Below are positions 42,668 through 52,040 of a stretch of DNA of 64,000 bases, in pieces. The stretch is from an uncultured Acidimicrobiales bacterium (GTDB lineage Bacteria > Actinomycetota > Acidimicrobiia > Acidimicrobiales > UBA10347): NCBI GenBank assembly GCA_943788915.1, contig CALSSD010000010.1, forward strand, positions 248,001 through 312,000, in the 5' to 3' direction. Every line of letters begins with the position of its first letter. The stretch's first letter is position 1. The notes under the pieces are model-generated. The model was given only the letters and a program-made list of their open reading frames with translations. It did not search any database and was not told the DNA's origin. Both the position numbers and the translations under genes were made by a program.

Positions 42668-44221
42668 ATGCTGTTCCGCACCTCGGTGCGCATTTCGAAG
42701 TGGATTTGTATCGGAGCGCTCGTAGCGGTGCTCGCCGGGGCGTGCACCGGAAGTGCGGCGCCAGTGGCCGAGGCGCCGGGTGCGGACGACCCGCTATCAG
42801 CGCTACTGCCGGCCCAAGCGGTACCGACAACGGCACCACTCTTGTCACCCACCGTGGAGCCAACCGCTGCTCCTACTCCGACTCCTTCGTTCCAAGGGTG
42901 GGTTGATCCGGCAACAGTTGGCCAGAATGTGGGTACCACAAGCGGGCTGCTGACCTTCCGCGGTAACCCAACGAGGAGTTATTACGGCATGGGTCCTGTG
43001 CCAGAGTCGCCACAGGTTCAGTGGCGGTTCGGGACCGGCAAGGAGTTGTGTTCGTTCAGTACGGTCGGCACCGAGACGACAGAATGGTGTGGCACCGGCT
43101 GGACTGGCCAACCAACGGTTTTTGACTACGACCAACGCCGATGGGTCGTGTTCGGTTCCTACGCGCCAGCGGTGCATTTCTTGGACGCAGCGACCGGGGA
43201 ACGGATCATCGCCGACTTCGGGGTGGGTGACCTGATCAAGGGTTCGGTCACCATTGACCCCGACGAGTTTCCGTTGGTGTATTTCGGCTCGCGCGACAGC
43301 TTCTTCCGCATCGTCTCGTTCGATGGTGCCTCGCCCCGTGAGCTTTGGAAATTGAGCGCAGACGCGGTGCAGCCAACATTATGGAATAACGACTGGGATG
43401 GCCCCGGGGTCGTCGTGGACGACTACCTGTTTGTGGGCGGCGAGAATTCGAACCTGCACATCGTCAAACTCAACCGGGGTTACGACGCTGCTGGAATGGT
43501 CACTGTGGCCCCAGAGTTGATCTTCCACGCACCTGGCTGGGACGACGAATTGTTGCGGAACCTCGGCGACTCCAATGTGTCCATCGAGACAGCGATCACC
43601 ATCGTCGGTGACACGTTGTGGTTCGGGAACAGCGGTGGACTGGTCCAGGCATGGGATATTGCTGGACTGAAGCAGGGGATCGAACCGGCGCGAGTGCTGC
43701 GGTTCTGGACCGGCGACGACGTCGATGCATCGGTGGTGATCGATGACGAAGGATTTGCCTATGTGGGAGTAGAGCTCGAACGAGGGTTTAGCCGAGCCGT
43801 CGAGTTGGGGCAGCTCATCAAGCTTGATCCGACCAAACCCGATGATCCGGTTGTATGGAGCCGAAACTTGACGGTCCGCGTGCCTGACGGGATCTGGGCC
43901 ACACCTGCGCTCCACAACGATGTGCTGTACGTGCCCACCAGCGAGGGCAATCTTCATGCGATCGACCGAAGGACCGGTGAAACTCGTTGGCAGGTCAAGC
44001 TGGCCGGGCCGGTGTGGTCGTCGCCGGTTGTGGTTGATGACGTGCTCATCCAGGCTGACTGTTCTGGCGTTATCCATGCATGGGACGTTGCCGACACCAG
44101 TGTTGCACCCACGAAGCTGTGGACCATTGGCCTGCCGTGGTGCATCGAGTCCACACCCGCGGTGTGGGACGGTCAAATCTTCGTCGGCCACCGCCGGGGC
44201 GAACTGTGGGCTATCAATTAG
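42668..44221 (+). CDS. PQQ-like beta-propeller lipoprotein
   Basis: LAGAC lipobox; TFRGN, GWTGQP, AIDRRTGETRWQ, WSSPVV, IESTPAVW. Confidence 0.88.
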   Translation: MLFRTSVRISKWICIGALVAVLAGACTGSAAPVAEAPGADDPLSALLPAQAVPTTAPLLSPTVEPTAAPTPTPSFQGWVDPATVGQNVGTTSGLLTFRGNPTRSYYGMGPVPESPQVQWRFGTGKELCSFSTVGTETTEWCGTGWTGQPTVFDYDQRRWVVFGSYAPAVHFLDAATGERIIADFGVGDLIKGSVTIDPDEFPLVYFGSRDSFFRIVSFDGASPRELWKLSADAVQPTLWNNDWDGPGVVVDDYLFVGGENSNLHIVKLNRGYDAAGMVTVAPELIFHAPGWDDELLRNLGDSNVSIETAITIVGDTLWFGNSGGLVQAWDIAGLKQGIEPARVLRFWTGDDVDASVVIDDEGFAYVGVELERGFSRAVELGQLIKLDPTKPDDPVVWSRNLTVRVPDGIWATPALHNDVLYVPTSEGNLHAIDRRTGETRWQVKLAGPVWSSPVVVDDVLIQADCSGVIHAWDVADTSVAPTKLWTIGLPWCIESTPAVWDGQIFVGHRRGELWAIN

Positions 44222-44274
44222 CAACCGCTGTGGTAGTCCAGCTTTCGTCTCGTTCCTCGGCGAAACAGATCTCG

Positions 44275-44458
44275 GCACAAAACGAGATTCGGATGGAGGG
44301 TTTTATGCTCCATCCGAATCTGTTGTGCATAACTAGTCCTCCCAGACAACGTTTTTGGGAGGAGGGATTCGCCGCTGACCACACTGTGCGCCGACACACG
44401 TCTCTCGGTCTGTGTGCCAGTTCGCACAAGCAGGGATTTCTCTGCGTGCCAGCGAATC
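44275..44458. other. Cluster of inverted repeats / structured intergenic element
   Basis: 14-bp perfect IR 44285-44321; 8-bp IR 44337-44363; branched element 44366-44458. Confidence 0.7.
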
Positions 44459-44497
44459 GGGGTATGTGTACCAGTCGCTCTTAGATGTCGACTGCGC

Positions 44498-45481
44498 TTA
44501 GATCTCGACCACCACTCGACCACGGACCTGGCCGTCGAGGATGTCCTGAGCTATCTGTTGGACGCCGTCGAGGCCAACAGTCGACGTGATCTCATCAAGC
44601 AAGCTTGTATCGAGATCCTGGACAAGACGGCCCCACGCTTCGTTCCGGTCGTCTTGGCCGCGGTGCACACAATTGATGCCGACGAGGGTGACACCCCGCA
44701 AGATGAACGGAAGCACGGTGGCATTGAGATCGGGCCCTTGAGCCAAACCACAGGCGGTGACCACACCATTGTCTTGCATGCGAGCAAGCACATTGGCCAA
44801 CGTGTTGCTTCCCACTGGATCGACGGCTCCGGCATAGGCCGGCTTCTGGAATGGCTTGCCTGGTTCGCTGAGCTCAGCGCGATCGATCACGGTGGTAGCG
44901 CCAAGGCGGCGCAGATAGTCACCCTCGGCTTCGGCCCGACCCGTGGATGCAATGACCTCGTAACCAAGCTTGGCCAGTACGGCAACTGCCACGCTGCCAA
45001 CACCTCCGGCTGCGCCGGTCACGATCACCGGGCCATCGGCTGGCTTGAGGCCCTGCTTCTCGAGAGCGATCACACACAACATCGCGGTGTAGCCAGCTGT
45101 GCCGATTGCTGCAGCTTGAGACGCCGACATGCCGTCGGGGACACGGGTCAGCCACTCCGACTTCATCCGGGCCTTCTCTGCCAGGCCACCCCAATGGGCC
45201 TCACCCACGTCGAAACCGTTGATGGTCACCAGCGTGCCAGGAGCCCAGTCGGGGTTGTTGCTCTCTGCGACAGTTCCGACGACATCCACGCCAGGAACCA
45301 TGGGGTAACCACGAACGACTCCAGGGCGACCCATGACGGCCATGCCGTCCTTGTAGTTCACCGTCGAGTGCGATACATCGATCAGTACGTCGTGGTCCGG
45401 TAGTTGGGTTTCGTCGATGTCGGTGATGGCAGCGTGCACCCCGTCGTCGTCTTTGGTCAGCAGAAGTCCGCGGAAAGTCAT
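44498..45481 (-). CDS. acuI: MDR oxidoreductase, YhdH/AcuI (acryloyl-CoA reductase) family
   Basis: STVNYKDG, GTAGYTAML, TGAAGGVGSVA, VASTGR-like IASTGR, LPFILRGVTLVG, GRVVV. Confidence 0.85.
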   Translation of the reverse strand: MTFRGLLLTKDDDGVHAAITDIDETQLPDHDVLIDVSHSTVNYKDGMAVMGRPGVVRGYPMVPGVDVVGTVAESNNPDWAPGTLVTINGFDVGEAHWGGLAEKARMKSEWLTRVPDGMSASQAAAIGTAGYTAMLCVIALEKQGLKPADGPVIVTGAAGGVGSVAVAVLAKLGYEVIASTGRAEAEGDYLRRLGATTVIDRAELSEPGKPFQKPAYAGAVDPVGSNTLANVLARMQDNGVVTACGLAQGPDLNATVLPFILRGVTLVGINCVHRGQDDRNEAWGRLVQDLDTSLLDEITSTVGLDGVQQIAQDILDGQVRGRVVVEI

Positions 45482-45621
45482 GACCGAAACCTAGCGTCTG
45501 AGTTCGATGGAGAACGAAGGGAAAGGTGCAAGATTTGCACTGGCCCGCACCCAGGGCGTCGTCCGTGGTCAGGGAACGTCGTCGCCTGTTGGAGGCGCGA
45601 CCGCACCACTACACTTGCTGC

Positions 45622-46557
45622 ATGGCAAAACGGAAGCGTAAAGGCGGCACCGCGGTCTTGGCCCCACCCTCGAGTCCACCGGTAATGCAAGGTCTCGTCG
45701 GCCCCCGACGCAACGTGCCAGCCGCGATTGCTCGCCCGCCTTATGCGCTCACTGGTGATCCTGGACCATCGGTGTCCAACGTCGTGCGTTCACCAGACGA
45801 GATTGCAGCTATGCACCGTGCTGGCACCGCCGCCGCCGAAGTGCTGATGATCGCTGGCTCGATGGTCACTCCTGGCATCACCACCGACGCAATCGATGCC
45901 CGGGTCCACGAAGAGACGCTTGCCCGTAACGGGTATCCCAGCCCACTGAACTATCGCGGCTTCCCCAAGTCGGTCTGCACCTCGATCAACGAGGTCATTT
46001 GCCATGGCATCCCCGACAGTCGCCAACTGCGCGACGGCGACATCATCAATATCGACGTCACCATCTTCCTCGACGGCGTACACGGTGATACCAGCTGCAC
46101 CTTCCTGGTGGGCGACGTCGACGACGTCAACACCATGCTCGTTCGTGAGACCCGAACCAGCATGTACAACGCCATCGACACGGTGCGCCCCGGCGCTCCG
46201 TTTAATGCCATCGGGAAAGCCATTGACACCCATGCCAACAGGTTTGGTCTGGGTGTTGTGCAGGACTTCATTGGCCATGGCGTAGGCACCGAGTTCCACT
46301 CGAATCTGCAGATCCCGCACTACTACCATCCTCGACTGACCCGCAAGATGGAAGTAGGCATGAGTTTCACGATCGAACCCATGCTCACTCTTGGGGCTAT
46401 CGACTGCGTCATCTGGGACGACGACTGGACTGCGGTGACCACCGACGGCCGCCGCACTGCGCAGTTTGAACACACGATGATCGTGACCGACTCTGGCGTG
46501 GAACTCACCACCGTGACCGACGACGGTGCCTGTGCCGCCGACATCTATCGCGACTGA
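45622..46557 (+). CDS. map: Methionine aminopeptidase type I
   Basis: YRGFPKSVCTSINEVICHGIP, DIINIDVT, HGDT, GHGVG, FTIEPM, AQFEHT. Confidence 0.97.
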   Translation: MAKRKRKGGTAVLAPPSSPPVMQGLVGPRRNVPAAIARPPYALTGDPGPSVSNVVRSPDEIAAMHRAGTAAAEVLMIAGSMVTPGITTDAIDARVHEETLARNGYPSPLNYRGFPKSVCTSINEVICHGIPDSRQLRDGDIINIDVTIFLDGVHGDTSCTFLVGDVDDVNTMLVRETRTSMYNAIDTVRPGAPFNAIGKAIDTHANRFGLGVVQDFIGHGVGTEFHSNLQIPHYYHPRLTRKMEVGMSFTIEPMLTLGAIDCVIWDDDWTAVTTDGRRTAQFEHTMIVTDSGVELTTVTDDGACAADIYRD

Positions 46558-46576
46558 CACAGAAGCAAGACATCAC

Positions 46577-47419
46577 GTGACACGAGCCTTCAAACAAGTC
46601 GACGTCTTCACCAACAGCCTTGGATCCGGTAACCCGGTTGCGGTTGTGCTCGATGGTCACGGTCTCACCAACGATGACATGGCGCGGTTCGCGTCATGGA
46701 CGAATCTGTCCGAGACCACCTTCGTGCTCCCACCGACCGAACCGGGCGCGGACTATCACGTACGCATATTCACCCCGACCATGGAGCTGCCGTTTGCCGG
46801 TCACCCAACAATCGGCACGTGCCATGCCTGGCTCGAAGCCGGAGGCCAACCAGCCGCAGCCGACAGGATCGTGCAACAGTGTGGGGTAGGACTGGTCACG
46901 CTGCGTCGTGTCGATGGCCGTCTGGCGTTCGAGACACCACCGTGTCGCCGCAGCGGTCCGGTCGACGACGACCTGGCTGCCAGCATGCTCACGGATCTTG
47001 GGCTCGCTGCAAACCAGGTCCTTGACATGACATGGGCCGACAACGGGCCGGGCTGGATCGGCATCCTCGTCGACTCGGTTGAAACGCTGCGCTCGCTTGA
47101 GCCAACGTGGAATCGGCTCGACATCAACCCCGGTGTTGCGGCTCGAACCGGAGCCGAAGATCCGATGGCGCCAGCGCTCGAGGTCCGGGCCTTCTTCTAT
47201 GGAGGCGGCACTCGCGAAGACCCCGTCACCGGGAGCCTGAACGGTTCATTGGCGCAGTGGCTGTTGGGCAACGGCACGTTGACTGCGCCCTACATTGCCT
47301 CACAAGGGGTTTCGATGGGCCGGAATGGCCGTGTGTATGTGTCCGAGACGACCGATGGTGGTATCTGGATCGGCGGCGATGCCGTGACCGGTATCGACGG
47401 CACGGTTGTGTTGCCGTGA
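46577..47419 (+). CDS. PhzF family isomerase
   Basis: QVDVFT, GNPVAV, NLSETTF, RIFTP..ELPFAGHPTIG, EDPVTGS. Confidence 0.95.
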   Translation: MTRAFKQVDVFTNSLGSGNPVAVVLDGHGLTNDDMARFASWTNLSETTFVLPPTEPGADYHVRIFTPTMELPFAGHPTIGTCHAWLEAGGQPAAADRIVQQCGVGLVTLRRVDGRLAFETPPCRRSGPVDDDLAASMLTDLGLAANQVLDMTWADNGPGWIGILVDSVETLRSLEPTWNRLDINPGVAARTGAEDPMAPALEVRAFFYGGGTREDPVTGSLNGSLAQWLLGNGTLTAPYIASQGVSMGRNGRVYVSETTDGGIWIGGDAVTGIDGTVVLP

Positions 47420-48090
47420 CCGAGACAGAAACGCTGCAACCAACCCGGTTGTTGGTGGTCCGTCACGGCGAGTCGAACGTGACCGTGAACCGTCAAATAG
47501 GTGGTCCGCTCACATGCACCGGTCTGTCCGACCTCGGTCGTCAACAAGCCGAGCGGCTTCGTGATCGGGTCGCAGCCGGCGAGTTATCAACAATCGACGA
47601 GGTATGGGCCAGCACCATGCCCCGGGCCCGCGAAACGGCCGAGATTATCAATCAGGCGATCGGGCACGAGTTGCAGCTCGACCAAGAGTTCGAAGAGTTT
47701 CGTCCTGGTGACGCCGACGGGATGACGTTCGCTGACTACGTTGAGCAGTACGGCATGATCGATCAGATGGCTGAGCCGTACAAGGACCTCTCGCCAGGTG
47801 GCGAGAGCCGATCCACGTTCTTTCTCCGTGTCGGCCGGGCGTTCGACGATCTGGTCCGGAGCCGGCCTGGTAAGACTCTTATGGTCGTTTGCCACGGCGG
47901 TGTTATCGATGTTGTTTTTCGACGGCTGTTGAATCTGCACAGCGAGGCCGCCTTTCAGCTGTGGACGACGAACACGTCAGTGTCGGAGTTCATCACCACG
48001 TCGCACGGCCCGCCCCGTCAGTGGCGTTTGGGCCGCTACAACGATGCCAGCCATCTCTACGGGCTTCCTTCAGCTACAAACACTCACTAA
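47416..48090 (+). CDS. Histidine phosphatase family protein
   Basis: VVRHGES, STMPRARETA, GGES, VCHGGVI, YNDASHL. Confidence 0.93.
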   Translation: MTETETLQPTRLLVVRHGESNVTVNRQIGGPLTCTGLSDLGRQQAERLRDRVAAGELSTIDEVWASTMPRARETAEIINQAIGHELQLDQEFEEFRPGDADGMTFADYVEQYGMIDQMAEPYKDLSPGGESRSTFFLRVGRAFDDLVRSRPGKTLMVVCHGGVIDVVFRRLLNLHSEAAFQLWTTNTSVSEFITTSHGPPRQWRLGRYNDASHLYGLPSATNTH

Positions 48091-48105
48091 TCCTGTTCGG
48101 GATCT

Positions 48106-48222
48106 GGGTCTGGCGAATGCCAGGAGCAGGCGGAGCCGAGCGGTATTACAGGACTGAGCGAGTGCTGAGTGGTTGGGGGTCTGGCGAATGCCAGGAGCAG
48201 GCGGAGCCGAGCGGTATTACAG
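48106..48222. repeat. Two identical 46-bp direct repeats (48106-48151, 48177-48222), same family as 10.4 kb
   Basis: GGGTCTGGCGAATGCCAGGAGCAGGCGGAGCCGAGCGGTATTACAG twice, period 71 bp. Confidence 0.95.
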
Positions 48223-49659
48223 CGCTGAGCGGGCTCCGCCAGCTTGTGGGGTGCGGGTGAACGAAGCAACGACGCCATCGGCGATGCGGGTCTGCAGGCT
48301 GGTGGTGCGATCGAATACCCAGATGCCGTCTGGTTCGGCACTGCCGAGTGGGCGACCGGCGTAGACAAACAGGTTGCTACTGGGTGACCAGAAGTCATGG
48401 CTCTGTGAGTACTGGTCGAAGAACGGGAAATAGGCGTTCAGGGTTTCGGCGCTTGGCACGAACGGAGGGAGGACGGTGCGTTGTCCGTTGGCATCGAAAT
48501 GCAGCGTCAGCGCGCCGCGAACGCCGATGGACTCTTCGAACCACGCGATGGCCTGACCATCAGGACTCGGGTACATGGCCACTGCTGGGTTATTGGACAG
48601 CGCGAAGGGTTCGCCGCCGAATGTGCCCATGAGATAGGGGATACCCGTTTCAATTGGGTCGATGGCGTCGAGCGAGTCATCAAACTCAGGCGTCGGCGTA
48701 GGTTGGGCCTGGGCCTGGGCCGAGATGAGTGTCGTCTCAGGTTCGGGCGGTTGTAGGCCCGTCGAGGCGGTTACGACTCCGTCTTCTTCCTCAACCGGCG
48801 CGGCCTGCATGACAATACGGTTGCCCTCGTTACTCACACTGAAACGCAAGACACCTTCGTAAGTGATCAGCGGGCGTCGGCCCTCGCCAGCGGCACCAGT
48901 TGAGACGAGGAACTGCTCGTCGTTTTCGTCGAGGTCGCCATAGAGAAGCGAATCGTCGGGTAACCAAGTGGCTGCCCCGAATCGGGCCGGAAACTCATCG
49001 ACGATGACCGTGGCGCTGCCGAGATCGATTCGGTCGAGCCGGAACCCTGAGGCATGCACAAGAAGTTCATCGCCGTCAGGACCCCATGCCAGGAAATACG
49101 GCTGACCTCGGTCTACTCGTCGATCAGTGGGGCCGTCTTCGCCGAGAAGTTCAGCAATACCTAGGTCGATACCACCGGTCGATGGTGAGAGGTGGGCAAT
49201 ACGAGATGCCGAAGGGTCCCAGTACAGATAAAACGGCGCCTGGTCGATATCGACCTCGCGGAAGTCGCTTCGGTCGAACCGGTCAGCAGCGATTGTTGCC
49301 TGTCCGGTTGTTCCATTAACGGAAACCCACGCGACTCGCGAGCCGTCGGGAGCCCAAGATGGTTGCGTATTGATCGTGCCTGGATCGGTGAGTTCGGCGA
49401 CTTCGGAGCCGTCGGGAAGCATCGTGGTGAGCTGGAAGTTGAAGTCCTGGACGACAAGTCGGCCATCATCAGGGTTCTCTTCTGGGGCCGATTCCTGTTC
49501 CTCGGGGCTGAAGTCGGGGTCGGTGTCAGCTGGTGGCAAGATCGAGGCCTCTGGGCGGGTGCGTTCATCGTCGGCTGCGGACGACGTATCGGAACCACGT
49601 GAGCAGGCGGTGGCGATCAACCCGAGCAAGACAAGCAGAGCTATGAGTCGCCGGAACAC
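48217..49659 (-). CDS. TolB-like (PD40/WD40 propeller) lipoprotein
   Basis: IATAC lipobox; QPSWAPDGSRVAW, WDPSASRIA, WGPDG, SPDGQAIA, WSPSS. Confidence 0.85.
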   Translation of the reverse strand: MFRRLIALLVLLGLIATACSRGSDTSSAADDERTRPEASILPPADTDPDFSPEEQESAPEENPDDGRLVVQDFNFQLTTMLPDGSEVAELTDPGTINTQPSWAPDGSRVAWVSVNGTTGQATIAADRFDRSDFREVDIDQAPFYLYWDPSASRIAHLSPSTGGIDLGIAELLGEDGPTDRRVDRGQPYFLAWGPDGDELLVHASGFRLDRIDLGSATVIVDEFPARFGAATWLPDDSLLYGDLDENDEQFLVSTGAAGEGRRPLITYEGVLRFSVSNEGNRIVMQAAPVEEEDGVVTASTGLQPPEPETTLISAQAQAQPTPTPEFDDSLDAIDPIETGIPYLMGTFGGEPFALSNNPAVAMYPSPDGQAIAWFEESIGVRGALTLHFDANGQRTVLPPFVPSAETLNAYFPFFDQYSQSHDFWSPSSNLFVYAGRPLGSAEPDGIWVFDRTTSLQTRIADGVVASFTRTPQAGGARSAL

Positions 49660-49716
49660 GTTGAGAATCTACCTGCTGATGGTGGATCCGTTACGTCGCT
49701 CTAGCCCATAGGGGCC

Positions 49717-49760
49717 AAAAACGGCAATGAGGCGTGGGCTGAGCCCACGCCTCATTGCCG
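49717..49760 (-). terminator. Strong intrinsic terminator, minus strand
   Basis: Perfect 19-bp IR CGGCAATGAGGCGTGGGCT-G-AGCCCACGCCTCATTGCCG, then TTTTT on the minus strand. Confidence 0.9.
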
Positions 49761-49920
49761 AGTACACGCTGGACCTACTCCGCCCGCACGTGGGATAGAG
49801 CATGGCACCAGGATTTCCTTCTCGCAACTCGTTCGACAGCGGTGGAGATCTTCGCCGCTAATCATCGAGGTGGCTGATACGGCGGTCTAGGAGGCAGTCG
49901 GCAGTCGGTGGTCGCAGCGG

Positions 49921-50721
49921 TCAACGCTTCTGACAGGTCGGACACCAGGTAGTGGTTCGAGCGTCGACGACCATCGAACGCAGTGGCGTCGTACATCGTT
50001 CACACGGCTCGCCGGCTCGTCCGTAACACCGCAAATAGAACTGGTTGTTGCCAGATCCGCCTTCGGCATTCCGGTAGTCGCGCAGGGTCGTGCCACCGTT
50101 ACTTATGGCACTCTCGATGACCTCGACGCACGCGTCGCGCAACCTGGCGGCAGCGGGTTTGCTGATGGAACGGGCGGTGGGTCGTACTTGGGCGAGCCAC
50201 AACGCTTCGTCGGCATAAATGTTTCCGAGGCCAGCGACAGGACGTTGACTGAGCAGTTGGGTTTTGAGGCGCCGTGAACTCTTGTTGAGGGCGCGATGAA
50301 GGTGCTGTGCCGTGAAGGCAGCATCTGACGGTTCGGGGCCGAGGTCCCGCAAGGTAGTGATGCTGGCATAGTCCCCGGCGGGAACGACACGAATCCGGCC
50401 GAACCGTCGTACGTCGTTGAATACCAGCCATCGGCCATCGTCGAGTTCCCACTGAGCCCGCACGTACGGGCTGTCGCCGGCCTGTTCAGGTACTGACAGC
50501 ACTCCGGTCATACCGAGATGCACGATCAGTTCGCGTTGATCATCAAGGTCGAACAGCAAGTATTTCCCGCGGCGCCGGACCTGTTCGATCTGTGCGCCAT
50601 GGGCCTCTATGGCTGGCGTGAATTTCGCTGATGGGTGACTCGAGGCACTCACGATGCTGCGGCCCGCTACCAAAGGATCGAGTTGTGCTCGGATGGTCTC
50701 GACTTCGGGTAACTCAGGCAT
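49921..50721 (-). CDS. mutM: Formamidopyrimidine-DNA glycosylase
   Basis: MPELPEVET, RRGKYL, HLGMTG, GLGNIYADE, C-terminal CxxC..CxxC zinc finger. Confidence 0.98.
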   Translation of the reverse strand: MPELPEVETIRAQLDPLVAGRSIVSASSHPSAKFTPAIEAHGAQIEQVRRRGKYLLFDLDDQRELIVHLGMTGVLSVPEQAGDSPYVRAQWELDDGRWLVFNDVRRFGRIRVVPAGDYASITTLRDLGPEPSDAAFTAQHLHRALNKSSRRLKTQLLSQRPVAGLGNIYADEALWLAQVRPTARSISKPAAARLRDACVEVIESAISNGGTTLRDYRNAEGGSGNNQFYLRCYGRAGEPCERCTTPLRSMVVDARTTTWCPTCQKR

Positions 50722-50781
50722 GACGAGGTCTTCCGCGGCGATAAGGGTGCATGCTCACCCATCTGACGCTAGACCGAAGTC

Positions 50782-52023
50782 GTGCAAACAACCCCAGAAT
50801 ATGGCTCGCTGCTCGAGGAACTCTACGAACGAGCCTCGATCGTCGTCGACCTCGATGGACCCCAGCTCGAAGCATGGGTGAGCGGGTTGTTTCCGGTATT
50901 TGACACCGACATCAGCATCGGCGACTTTGTTACCTACTGCGCGGACGCACGCACCGGCCGGGGTGCAGTGCTGATCGCTGCTATCGCTGAGTTGTCCGAT
51001 GGGCTGGACGTTGCCACCTCTGATCTCGCCCGAAATAGCCTTAACCCCGAGCTATTGCCAGATTGGGCAGCCGCCATCGGTACGTCGGAGCTCACCGGTG
51101 CGTGGACGGTCACCGCTCCGTTCGGCCGTTCCATCGTGTTGGGATTCAACGCGGTCGACATCATCGAGCCCACGATTGCCAAGAGCAGCGAGGATGCCAC
51201 CGGAGAGGATGCGGAGCGCGTCGAAGAAGCCGACGACGAGATCACGGATCTGCGACATTCGATCCTTGTAGAACTCGGCGATGATGGGTGCCTCGAAGAT
51301 CTGCAGCTTGCTGGTGCGCCGATGGACCTGCTTGAGGAGGCCAAAAGTTCCGGCGATCGTGTGCGAGTTGTCGAGATGGACACGGACGATGCACTCGCAG
51401 CGGTCGTTGCTGCATGGCCGGGTGAAGGTTCGGTCGTGCCGGAGCTAGGACCTGGCAGCGCCGCCAATCAGCAGTTTGTGCGGCGCCGCATATTGGTCGC
51501 CGCCGACCAGCTTCTGGCCCCTCTTCAGGTAGCCGAGCGCGAGATCGATGTGCGGCGAGGTCTCGAGGACCGCGAGTTCGCTGATGCCAACCGTGCGGCT
51601 TTGTCGACGATGCAATCGGCAGTGGGGTTTCCTGACGAGGACACCACCTCCAATGCTCCAGACGCTCTTGTTCAGAGCTGGGTCTCGGTAGTGACCGGTG
51701 TGGCAGGCGAGTTAGCTCCTCGGGAGCGCGATGCCCTTCTGTGGCTCGAGTGGGCTGACTGGCTTGGCGCAGGTATCGGGCTGTTGCGGGCAGGCGCTGG
51801 GACCCCTGCTGACAGTTCGTCACTGGTGGACCATGTCAATCGTTGTCCCGAGGTTTCATCGACGATCAGCAAGGCTGACCGTGACTACGCGGAGTGGGCG
51901 TTCGATGTTGCTCTGGACCTGCTCGAAGATGCGGGAGTCGTGACCGAGGACCATGTCTTGACCGAGGCAGGGCGTCAGTCCCTTTGGGTCGGACTCGCCA
52001 AAGCATGGAGCACGAGCGGATAG
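50782..52023 (+). CDS. Hypothetical acidic protein (413 aa)
   Basis: Long ORF with coding-like codon usage; no family recognised. Confidence 0.75.
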   Translation: MQTTPEYGSLLEELYERASIVVDLDGPQLEAWVSGLFPVFDTDISIGDFVTYCADARTGRGAVLIAAIAELSDGLDVATSDLARNSLNPELLPDWAAAIGTSELTGAWTVTAPFGRSIVLGFNAVDIIEPTIAKSSEDATGEDAERVEEADDEITDLRHSILVELGDDGCLEDLQLAGAPMDLLEEAKSSGDRVRVVEMDTDDALAAVVAAWPGEGSVVPELGPGSAANQQFVRRRILVAADQLLAPLQVAEREIDVRRGLEDREFADANRAALSTMQSAVGFPDEDTTSNAPDALVQSWVSVVTGVAGELAPRERDALLWLEWADWLGAGIGLLRAGAGTPADSSSLVDHVNRCPEVSSTISKADRDYAEWAFDVALDLLEDAGVVTEDHVLTEAGRQSLWVGLAKAWSTSG

Positions 52024-52040
52024 CCCCGAACCGCCTGTTA

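Noticed and set aside
44366..44458. tRNA or tRNA-Sec
   Set aside because: No TTCRA T-loop, anticodon arm or CCA end on either strand
44414..45403. 329-aa plus-strand ORF, and similar long antisense ORFs at 43379..44278 and 55809..56879
   Set aside because: Antisense shadows of well-supported genes, expected in high-GC DNA
46577..47419. Phenazine biosynthesis cluster
   Set aside because: Solitary PhzF-family gene with no other phz genes
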